Source: Marsupella aquatica (Eukaryota; Plantae; Marchantiophyta). Taken from it: a stretch of 64,000 bases of DNA. A program made the position numbers and the translations under genes. The notes beneath the pieces are model-generated. The model worked only from the letters and a program-made list of their open reading frames with translations. It did not search any database and was not told the DNA's origin. Below, one piece after another: positions 22,473 through 34,221 of this stretch (position 1 is the first letter of the stretch; the number at the start of each line of letters is the position of its first letter). The stretch spans positions 22,208,558 through 22,272,557 of the forward strand of contig OZ316895.1 of assembly GCA_973895155.1 (NCBI GenBank), read 5' to 3'.

Positions 22473-25400
22473 GCCACCCAGGCAAAAATGAAATGGTACT
22501 CATACTCAGTTACTCGTTTGGATTTTTGTTCAGATTAAATAAGGTGGGCATGAAGGGCAGGATGAGCGCCCGTTGGAAAATCTACCTTGGCTCTTGTATG
22601 GGACGGCCAGCGATGATAGTTGATTGAGGTGAATCTTTCACCATGTTGATGGTGAGCTTTGCTTTTGTCATTAGTGTCAACCTACAAATAGCAAAACATC
22701 TAAACAACTCAAATTGCAGTTGAGCATGGGCACTCCTTGTTTCCTGCCCAGGGCCATACCTCAGTCCTGAACTTGATGGTTGGATGGACCACAACTTTTG
22801 ACCTCAAGACTCCATAGGAGCTTCAAGTTCCTTTAAGTCCCAAGCCAAATGATTGACACTTGTAGAGAAAAGAGAGCAAGATTAGAGTTGGAGGTGCATT
22901 CCAAACCGTCTACTAGCCACGTTTGCAATTTTTCTAATCTTACCAATGTGAAAGCATCCATCTATATTTGATGTATTTGGACTAGGCACATTGTTGGTGG
23001 GATTCTGGCTCAATTTTGATTAAACAACCAAGCCTATCTTTAACATATATGTACATTGACAAACAAGTTGTGCTTGGATGGATCATCCTGTTTGACTTTA
23101 CAACTCTAATGAACCAAGCCCTTTTTGAGACCCAATAATGCAACAGTTCATACATAGAAATTTATTTATTTGAGTAACAAACAACTTCTTAATATCGTCT
23201 AAGTGGGTTTTGGTGGTCTATCTGAGCATTATTTTCAGTTTCAACTATTGTGATCTACTGCAAGTTTGGTTTTAGTGTAATTTCTTTGTCTATCTTTGGT
23301 AGGATAGTAGACAGTTTGAGATGACCAAATTCTCCACTCTATAATTGTGTAAATTCCACAACTCTTGGCTACTGCTCTCGTCCATCGATTCCTGCCAATA
23401 CATTTTCAATGAATTCAGCATATATTTTCAGCATATACTTTCAATGAATTCACCTTCCCAAAAAGTAAATCTAGATATGTTATCCACAACATCTTGTTAA
23501 AATTGTGACCACTTTAGATAATAATCTTCTACCCCAAAACTAAGCTACATTTATTGTGCATAAGTGGATTGTGCACTAGGCCTTGATCATCTTACAATGG
23601 TGCATTGGGTAAAGACCTAGATTGTATAACACCGATGGCAGGAGCTCAACTTTTGATTCACTTGTCTAGACTTCTCATTTTTCAAACTTGAAATGTACGC
23701 GACCCTCCTTCCTAAGGAATCAATGTGGACGTACCTCCCATCTAGTGATCCATGATGTTCAACAAACGTTGCAACTTGATGACTTACACCAATAATTTGC
23801 TTTTGATAGAAACTGATAAGTTTGTAGTAAGTAACCTCAGGAGCTTAGACTTGCTTGAGCTACTACCATAGTGGAAATCCAATGGAAACAATATAAAACA
23901 ACCTTGGATAAGAGTTCTTGTGAAATAACTTATTGTTCATGGTTCCACAAACAAGGGAGTAATAAGAAATAAATGTATTACACTACTTTCAGTAAACATG
24001 TGAAAATGATGCGCGCATGGACAGTAGGCAAAAACCATACAATTGGGATGGACTAATTGAGAATAGTCCCTGTCACATAGTGAGTACAATGCAGTCCATC
24101 TGAGTTGCAAAAATCCATGGGAGCATTTGAACAAACCTAGGGGTTTGTCTGGGCATCATTTTAGTAAACATGCAGAGTCCTTATAAATTTCTTAAACAAA
24201 TAGCAATGGCCATTTTCCCGAGGGCCAACCTAACTGAGTGCCATCTAGGATTGGTTTTTCTCGAAGTAGGACCTCCTTCAATGACAAAAATGACCAGTCT
24301 TTGGGAATACATAGTCCAGATGCAATCTAATTGGGTCTTAAGGAGGAAACCTCTGGCCATCCAATCCAATCATTCTTGTAAAGCCCCCTAATTGTCCTTT
24401 TTTTTGGTGGCAGTTTTTTTGTGGATTAGACCTCTCTAAGGCAAATCAAAATATATATACACATATATTGCCAACGATAGAGTACTGCCAAACCAGGAGA
24501 TAAGATTCCAAAGTCAAGGGACCCAACAAAGGGGAGAAAACATATGAAAAACCCCAGGAAAACCAAAGAGCCAAAAAGGCTGAGAGTCCTACTCAACTGC
24601 AAAGGAACTGACTCTGAGCTAATAAGCCATAAACTTAAATGGGAAATCAACTGCTGTAAGCCATAGGGTTCACATGTCGGAAAGGAAGAGTCATGATTGC
24701 TGCTATGGGAAATCAACCTGAGAACAAGCATTGAACCACTTAAACAAATAGATGGCGGCAGGAATTAATCTGAGATCAAATCTGTCCCTTGTATCTTTCA
24801 AACTCGACTGCTGGATTGTCTCAGATTAACTTACATGGGTGACTTAAGCCATGAACTGTGATAATCTATTTACAGGGCCCGAACCACAAAGGTGACCTGA
24901 AAGTTTGGCCAATTAAACTAAACTGAAAAACGGAGAAGTTAGTAATTTGACTGAATAAAATGGCGACGTTCTCTAGTAACCCTCAGAAACCGAAAAGTAG
25001 AGGGAGGCGGCCTTTGGAAACCCCGACCTACGCAAGACCCAAAAGATCTCATAGTTGTCATGCGAGCAAACGAACCGATATTCCTTTTCTGTTCGAAGAC
25101 AAGAAACCATCCACCGTAGATCGCGAAAGCGATTCGCCCGAACCGCCGGAGGATGGAGCATCGCCCGCAAGACGCGGCCCATCGGGGCCGCACGTTCTTG
25201 GCCACGGACGGCGGAGACAGCAGATTTCGAATCTCGGCGTCCCCGATCCAACCTATCGGGACGCGAACGCTATACGGTGCCATCCGAGTCACGAGTGGCA
25301 GATCGGGTCGGCCACGTTAGCCCTAGCCCTCGTGCGGTCGAAACGAGACGGGAGTGTATGGACCAAAGCGAGGCTATTTGGGCAAGAGGGAAACCCTCGA

Positions 25401-28051
25401 ACGCCTCATTGCTCGTTGTCCACTAGAGATTTTTATTTTTCTCCTCTCCTCTCTTCTCGTCTCGTCTCCTCTCCTCTCCTCTGCTCTGCGCTCCGCTCTT
25501 TCTTTCCGCTCTGCTCTGTTCCTCTGGTTCGTTGCTTCGCCGCGCGTTGGATTCGTTTACGGGAGTGGAGTGGAAGGATTGATGGGTTTCGTCGACGCCT
25601 GCGGGAGGACGGATTGAGGAGCTCGGTGCCGAATTTCGGCACGGTTGGTGAGGTGGTTTGAAGAGGGAGGATATTTGGTGTGAGGGAAGTGTTGAAAAGG
25701 AGAAGGACATGGGCGATGGAGTCTGAATGAGTACCAAAGAGTACAAGAGGGAATTCAAATTGGGGCTCGTGAAGAGCTTGAGCTTGGATTTATGATGTTG
25801 GATGGGTTTGATTGGATGGCGGAGGGAGAGAGCGGGAGCGGGAGCAGGAGCGGCGGAGGAGCTATTTGGTGCTGTTATTTGGAGGAGGAGGAGGAGTTCG
25901 GAGGTGATCGTGAGGGAGACGGGAGGAGATGTGATGCAGGGGATTTGAATTGGGGCCCGGAGACTGCGGGAATTGAAGATTACGAGTTTTAGGAGAGAGT
26001 TTAGTGGAGCAGCAGAAGGAAGAGCGGATTGTGAGCGACTGTTGTCGTGGACATTGTCGATCACTGCTAAGGAAGGCGAGAAGAAGCCTTCTTGCCGATG
26101 CGGATCACCGATTTTCTCTCGACAATCAGTGAGTGTCTTCCTCTCGCCACCCTTGGCTCTAAACCCGACTTAAACCCTGACCATTCTTGGTCTCCTTTTT
26201 GTGATTCGAAACCGAAAACTTCTGCCTGAAGGATAGGATGCTAATTACCTTCTTTGATAATGCATTCTCAATATTCCGGACGCCACTGTGCCCGCCAACG
26301 GAGGACAGTGCCATTAGAAGTTAAGTCCCGGATTGTGAGCACATTCTTTTTGGAGTCAGATGAATTAATTGTCCCCTTACTCATGTACGCCAGCATTGTC
26401 GTACGGGATAATCTCTCACCCGTATGTGAAATTGTGATTTTCTCTCTCGATGTATTATGCGATGGCCAACTTGTTCAGAAATATCACACATTTCTCGTAA
26501 GTGTTATTAAACGTACTTCAGAAATCGTCTCAGAGGAACGAAAATTTAGTTGCTCTTCTTGACTATCAACCGAAACCTCAGCTTCCTGGCGGAAATGCAT
26601 GACGAGAGGATCCACAGTGCGGAGAACAGTGAGACAAGCCCGGACAGCAAGCCCCTCAGCAATATCAGAAACTTAAGAAACAGAAGAAAAGCTCGCAAAC
26701 CTGCAATACGCTTTCCCGACGCATTTTGCTTCAGTAAGGAGATGCAATTTACAATTTGATGTGGATTGAGATTACTGAGTGTCCAGGATTGTCTGAACTC
26801 CTGTGTCATGCGCAATGCCACTCTCCTGTTGCATTGTATTTCAAACGAAGCAGACTAAGAAAGGTCTAGTTAAGGAGTCTTAGTGAACGTTGGAATTTCA
26901 AGTGGAGCACATCCGGCGGCCAATCGATGTGTACCAACCGTATTAACACTTCTTTGCGTATCCGGGTGCCAAGCCTTTCATCTCATAAGACGCGGAGGAG
27001 AATACTAATGAAGAGGACTCGACCACTAACAGATCTGTCATTCCTGGAAAAACGAAGTTCAGACATGGCAAAACTACTACTGGATTGCCTTTCGAGCTCG
27101 CATGTGCCCTCTTGCCATTCCACGCGGATGCCATGATCGCGAAAGTTGTATATTTCGATTCCGTTGTATGCGTGGCCGGGATTTCAAAACTGAGCGAGAC
27201 GTGCTCCCACTCGGGGACTGCAACGGGAGGGCAATCAGCCTGCAGACACATGCCAACCAGCTGCACAGATATACGCCTGGGCCGTGTCTACGTATTAGCA
27301 TAAGGACGAGGGACATGCTGGGGTCGGACCTCCCACCTTACTCCCCTTTTCTAGCGGGTGCTAAAGAATGAGGGCGATCATAGGAAGTGCTCATTTGCTT
27401 ACGAGTTTTTTGGAAGAGTTGACAATGGTCTTGGGCTAGGCTGTCATGTTACAAGTCGAATCATATCTATAAGAACCGAGGATCATTACGAACAGACCTC
27501 TCTGTAATGCAAACCCCACTTTGCGAAGCTTTCACCAAAGCCAATTGAAACTTTGACAACGGTTTTGCAAATTGCTTTCGGTTACTATGAGGTCGGGGTA
27601 CGGTGCGAGGAAGAATGGGCCTCCAGAAAGAATCAAGTGGAGAGACCCTAAGCAGTTGGGTCAACAAAGTAATTGTTAATAGTCGTACATCCAAGTTTCT
27701 GGATTATTGTGCTTTGGTATCTTGGTCGTTTTCCGAAGGAGAAATCACATTTTTCGCCAAGAGTGCGTAAACTGTTGTGTTTCCAATTGAGCGGTAAGTC
27801 TTAAGTTTCCTCTCACAGGTAAATGGTTTTGATTAGGCTTTAATGAAGTCTAGATTAAGTTTGAATTTCTGATTTTTGCAGGAATTTCCACTATGCTGGA
27901 GGTTTCTTGTCGCCAGATGAACTTGTGATCTAAGCTCGAATTGTGCTCTGGCAAACCTCGTGAGGAGGTGTATAGGTGGGGCGGGGGGAACTACAAGAGG
28001 TGAATTAGAAGTGAAACATTGTATTTGAATATTGGCAAATTGGATGAGAGA

Positions 28052-30897
28052 ATGGCTGCACCAGACGATACTGGAGGACTTGTGCCGGCCCTGGAACTAG
28101 AGAATGATGTCAACGGCGATGTTGCCAAAACTTCAAGCGCAGATGAAGCCAACGAATCATCAGATGATAGTGATGATGCCTCTGCCAACCGGCTGGAGGA
28201 ATCAGGTACTTGTTTCTATCAATTGAGTTGAATTGGTGTGCCTTCAGCAAAATTTGGAAATATGCAGTCACATTCGTCTAAAAATCATAGCTTCACTTGG
28301 TTCGGACGTAGAAGGGATAGATTTTTGGTTCCTAGCGGGTCCTCTAGAACAGCTGAAGTTTCTTACTTCTCAAAATCTCGCCTTGCACTGGTCCCCAGAA
28401 CATTAGTCTCAGGGACCATAGTTGAACTGTTCTTTTCATGTAATGAGAAACTTCCTATGTACTGTGCTGCTATGGCACAAAGAGAGAAATTATGAAGGAA
28501 GAGATGTAATATCATTGTGGGTTCTGCAAGCCATTTCGCGGTGAGGGAAAAACCGGACAACTGAATCATGTTCTTGATCAGGAATCTCACCGGGGAGGAA
28601 GCCTTCTGAAGCTGAATTGCGAATATTGAAAGGCAGGAAATTTCATTCATGGGAGGAATTTGATATAGCCATGGACGAGTACGAGGCAACATCTGGATTT
28701 GTTGTCAAGCGTATGCACAGGAATAAGGTTGTTTTCAGGGGCAGGTGCCGTGGTTGGGCAAAGGATAATCCTGATTCGTGTAAAATGGAGTTGGTCGCAC
28801 GATGGATGAAAAGGACCGGAACAATTATGATAAGGAAAGTGTACCTCGCCCATACATGCGTGTTATCTGTTCACAAGTTTCGAAATGGTGCGAATAGAGC
28901 ACGATGGGTGCAAAGCAAGGTGTTCCGTAGTGTGAAGGTCAACAGAGATACCCCTGTGGAGCAACTTCGGAAGGAGTTGGCTCAGTATCACAAGGCCGAG
29001 TCTGAGGCCTGGACGGTCGCACGAGCAAGGGCTGGATGTCGTGAGAAGCTTGCTGATGGGCACAAGGAATCCTTCCAACGTATACCATCCTACGCGAACC
29101 GCCTATCAAAAGCTGATCCAGGTGTGCATGTTGAGTGGGAAACAGGCGCAGACCACCACTTTGAGCGTATTTACATTGCTCCGTCTTCATCGCAGCATTT
29201 GTTCCATTACTGCAGGCCGCTTGTTGGCGTTGATGGAACTCACACAATCGGTGATTACCCAATGGTAGTGCTCATTGCCACTTGTTTCGACGGCGATGAC
29301 CAGACAGTAGTCCTTGCGTGGGCCATCGTCCCAGCAGAGAATGAATATAATTGGTGTTGGTTTCTGAGTCGTCTCAGAAGGTCGTATCCCACCATGACAA
29401 TGCCAGAGACCGTCTTCATCAGTGACAGGGACAAAGGATTGGTACAGGCTGTTGAAGCTGAGTTTCCGGGTCAGTTGCACGCCTATTGTGTGCAACATAT
29501 CAAGGCTAATAGCAAAGCTTTGACTGATCAAGATGCAGTGGCATTCTTCAATCAGGTATCCTTCTAAACAATTGCTCGTTAATGGCTGTGATTCTGTGAT
29601 TCCCTCGTATCGATAGGCTTCATTGGACTCCGGAGGACCTCTAGGTCTGCAGGATGACGGGTCCTTAGATCAGTAGTCTTTTGTATGATTCTCCGTTATC
29701 ATTACAGGGAGTAACTAGTTCTCTCGAAATGTTCCCAGTCTTTTGTTATATTGAACCAACTAGTCCGTTGGATGGTCTCCATGTTTTGTTTTATTAAACA
29801 GGTAGTCTTTTGGACATTCATCACTTCGTTGTATTAATAAGTTTTCTTGAATGCCATTGCAGGTCGTGGCTTCGAAGACTAAAGAAGAGTACGATGAGCT
29901 ACTGGCCGATTTTGTGCCAAAAACTGACATCCAATCTACATTGGTTCCTTATCTACGGAAAATTGACCCAGCTATATACGTTCGATATGCATTTCCAGCA
30001 AGGCGTTGGGGACATAGTACATCAAACGTATTGGAAGTCATAAACTCAGTCATCAAACCTCAGAGGAAATTGCCCGCCTTGTTGATTTGCGATGTCATGT
30101 GGCAATACTGCATGGAAGAGGCTTACAAGAGGAGATTAGTGGCTGATCAGCTGCCTGATGGCGAGTTGTCTCTTACAAACTATGCTACTGAGATGCTGAA
30201 CAGACTTTATGGGGATAGCCGGGCTGTGAGAGAGCGTACTTCCTCGCATGACCAGGCTCTCATGATTGATCGTACTGGCAACTATGCCCTTCGAGTGAAT
30301 GATAAGCACTGTGATTGCATGGACTGGCATGAGATGGAGTTCCCCTGTGCACACCTCATCAGCTTTGAGAACAACAGGGGAAATGATGTGAGACAACATG
30401 CATCAGTGTACTGGCGTGCTGCCAATTACAAGGAGACCTACAAGGTACCCATTCCACCAGTTTCCATCGATCATTTGTCTAAAGCTGTTGATAGTAAGGA
30501 GCCAGCGATTGACCCTGCCATTAAGGAGAAACGCAACAAGAAGAAGCAACTTCCGGGCATGCGCCAAAAGAGAAAGCGGTTAACTGGGACTTCAGAAACG
30601 GAGAGTGAGCGGGGAAGTAGAAAACAGAACCAGAAATGCACGGTCTGCAAAAAAGCAGGGCACAACCAAAGACGGTGCATGGAAAAATCCCTGGCTATAA
30701 TGCCCAATGAGACTATAATGCCTGATGCTATCGAAGAGGCACCGAACCTTGCTCTCCAGATAACTGCGGTCCAAACACTTCCCACGCCTATGCAGATTTC
30801 CCCTTTCTATTCTCAGCCCTCTACCCAAAGCTACACTGAATGGTGTGCCGAAAGGGACAAGGTCGATGATGTTGAGGCTGGCCCCTCACATTTGTGA
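28052..30897 (+). CDS. Mutator (MULE/MURA-type) transposase, intact, 3 exons: 28052-28205, 28582-29555, 29863-30897 (720 aa)
   Basis: Both GT-AG introns are phase-compatible (phase 1 and 0) and the join is 2163 nt with no stops. MuDR-type N-terminus (GRKFHSWEEFDIAMDEYE). DDE core VGVDGTH / FISDRDKGL / CVQH / TSNVLEVINS. SWIM CDCMDWHEMEFPCAH. Zn-knuckle CTVCKKAGHNQRRC. Confidence 0.92.
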
Positions 30898-33858
30898 TGA
30901 GAGACTCCTGTTTTACCAATCTTGATTCGGCACTTTAGAATGCTCTGGTTTTCTGCAAACAAAGATACCCTAAAGATGTGAATCTAGCCCAGGACAAAGG
31001 AACGATGTTCCAAAGCGTTTAGAGTCACCAGGCTGTAGACAGTAGTCTGGATGAGAGTGATCCTATGAGCTTGAAATGTTGCCGAAAGGCATGGAGTTGT
31101 CATGAGCCTCACAGCATCCTTCGTCTTTAATTGCTGCTTGCTCACATAGTGACCCGGTGATTTGGAGTTGGCGTGGCAAAGCTTGACAGTTTTGTTGTTG
31201 ATTCCACAGTATTTCAGTGTACTTCCTGTAATATAATGAATCATTCCTATGCTAGACAGATGTGAGTTATCGCAATTATTCACATCTCCACATCATTTGC
31301 CTCAACTTCTAAATTGGACCTTTGAATATAGGTATTCAGCTTTTGGATCTAACCCTTCTCATAAACCCATCTGGCAGCCTCGGTAGATTTACAGTATTGA
31401 CCACAAAGGTAAATGAAGATTGGATCGATTGCCTCTATGACAGCACAATCCTTCTCTGAAGCCTGCATATAAAACCTCCACAGCTCAGCTCTCCTTTGAA
31501 GACTGTTTACAAGTCATGGTAGACTAGTTACTTCCACTAAAGATTACTCGAGTGAGAAGGATGAAGGTTAAAGAATCCGAAGCTGGAATGGTTAACCAAC
31601 CTACTGTAGAGTTAAGGATTTTCCTATCATTTGGAAGCTAATTTCTCACAAACATTAGCTTCCTCTACAACGGTCCTTGGCTTAACTTGAACTTCATTTA
31701 TTTGGCCATTAAATTCATCTAAGCTACTTGCTAAGCTACCAGTCTGTGTAAAAAACAGAAAATTTCATCTAATCCATCCAATGTCACAAAATTACAGTCG
31801 TCAAGAATTTTACTTTCGAGTGCATGCACATCAGCCATTTGCACGAGGACACTCCATTCTCCACAGAGTAAGATTGGAAGAATTTATAGGAATCCAGGTA
31901 ATTTACAAGTTGACTATTTAAGATCAGCTGTCTACAGTTGAGCCCCATGCCCCAACCCTGGAGGCAAGCATGTGCACAACAGACTTGTCCAGAGTGGGAT
32001 CAGTGTCCTCGATGATCCAGTGAATAATATAGTTTGCCTGACTACACTATTTACAGTAATTAGTATCATAATTGATTTAGTCTCCCTGGTTGAATAGTCT
32101 CACACACACTAATAAGGGTGTGACTACAAATCTCAAAAGAATATAAAACTGAGGTTCCTGATCATTAGTCTCATATTGATTAACAAAAAATGACACTAGG
32201 AAAAGATCCAGATCATAAGATATGAATCTGGACATGAAGATTCAATCTAGATCTGGAAATGGTTTTAGAGTAGACTTGGATTGAAGTAGTACTTGTAAGC
32301 AATGAGTTTAGTCTATTGTCCATAATTCATTCTAATTTGATTTTGATTGCATTCATAATCTGCTTTTCGATTGTCATACTTTGAAAAGTTTGAATTTTAA
32401 ATGACCTTCATTTTTTTATTTTATATGCAAATAAGCCTTACTAGTGGAAAAAAATGTTTTATAAGTTACACGCATCAATTCAGAGTTCATCACACACTAT
32501 TTACTTGTCACCAAAAATAATCTCACTTACTTTAATTTAGAGTAAGCATCTAAAAGTCCTTTGTAAGTCAGCTCCTCAGGTGTACAGCCGTTCTTTTTAT
32601 GTGTTTCAGAACTTTTCGTGGCCTCTCTATAAATAGCATGTTCATCCTGGAACATGTGTCTTTTTTTGCCGTGTAGTGATATGTAATTCACTTGATTTAT
32701 TTTATGATAAAAGAACTAGGTACATGTAAAGTATATGTCAAGAAATTAATATCTGTTAATTAAGAGTGAGTGACATAGTACACATGCAAAGAAAAGCCAA
32801 TTATGACCAAGAAAGTACAAAGGTACTAAAGAGTTCAGGTTTAATCTGGCGGGCAAGTAAACCGTCAAATGACGGCCCCAAAATGGCCAGTTTGACGTAT
32901 ATTCCCCGATATTCCCCCGGACTCCCGACCCACCTGGACCCCGCCCAGCCCACCCAAACCTGGCCCGGACCCGGCCTCCCAAACCCATCCCAAACCCCTC
33001 CCGAACCCCCTAAGCACCCGGCCCGAACCCGGTCCGGGCCAGCCTGGGTCCACCCTCACACCCGGACCGACCCCGACTCCGGGAGACCGTGCGACCGAGT
33101 TGACAGGTTTTACGTGTTTAAGGGAAAAATTGGCCAGTTTGAGGGGAAAATTCAAACCAGCTAATGAGTTGTGCACATCCAGTACAGATTTTCACTTGCT
33201 TCCAGGTAATGACAATCTACTCAATTAAAACCATAAGTTTTGTAAAAGAACCCACAAGGGGAACTTAGTACACCAAATGTGCACATTGTTCAAACTCATT
33301 TCTCTCACTCTCATGAGAAAAAAACAATTCACTAAGGAGTGATTGAAAAGGATAGATTAAACATTTATGAGGGGAGCCAAATACATTTTAAATACTCTAA
33401 GTTCACTAAAATTAAAAGGGGTCCAAAAGTTAATTCAAAATCAAATTAATACAAATTATTCACCTAGTTAAGGCACATTAAAATACTGAACACAAAACCT
33501 GAATAAGAAAAACTATGAAAGGTGGATTCACCATATATAGTAGCTTCATAATTTGCATACCAAGATGACAATAACTATCCACTAACGAATTGTAGGTGAA
33601 AATGTTGGGCTTATTTAAATTTCAGGTTGATCAATTCCAGAAATATTCTAGCAGCATCTCCACGTGTCCATGCCTGGCTTAGATCAATTCTAGAAATATT
33701 CTAGCAGCATCTCCACGTGTCGAGCAGGTTTAGAGCATTGTCGATTCGTCTGAATAAACTGTTCTCCGAGCACTAAAAGACTTCAAATCCGGCAGAAACC
33801 CATCCATTCACAGCTCCAACCATGCCATCTCTGCTTCATCCAGCATCTTATACTTACT

Positions 33859-34221
33859 CAGTAGACAAGAACAAGGGTCTTCAAAAGCATGTTAATGAGA
33901 CTCCCCAATTGGGATAGAGTTCATCAACTTTTTCCTGAAGAAGCTGCAATTTCCACTGTGTAATTTTCACCTGTATAATCACCTGTGTCCATTCCCTGTA
34001 ATTTTCACCAGATGACAATGGTGGGTGGACTATGGGCCTGTGTCAATTTCCCGTCATGGCGCTGGGAATTCTGTGAGAGCGCAGGAATGGCGCCTGTGTC
34101 CATGATTCCTGCCCGTGGAAATGCGGGAAATTGCAGCTTCTTCAGGAAAAAGTTGATGAACTCTATCCAGATTAGGGAGTCTCATTAATATGCTTTTGAA
34201 GACCCTTGTTCTTGTCTACTG
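33859..34221. repeat. Inverted repeat with 96-bp arms and 171-bp spacer
   Basis: 33859-33954 is the reverse complement of 34126-34221 with about 4 mismatches. Confidence 0.92.

Noticed and set aside
24939-26173. Several 100-230-aa ORFs
   Set aside because: GC-rich leader with CT/GA microsatellites. ORFs are open on both strands with low-complexity translations.
26927-27371. Ulp1-like protease remnant (YYWIAF, VVYFDS) as in Kaonashi MULEs
   Set aside because: Motifs are in different frames, with no catalytic His and no Q...DCG motif.
32746-33176. Pro-rich and Gly-rich ORFs
   Set aside because: Artefact of the C-skewed repeat block.
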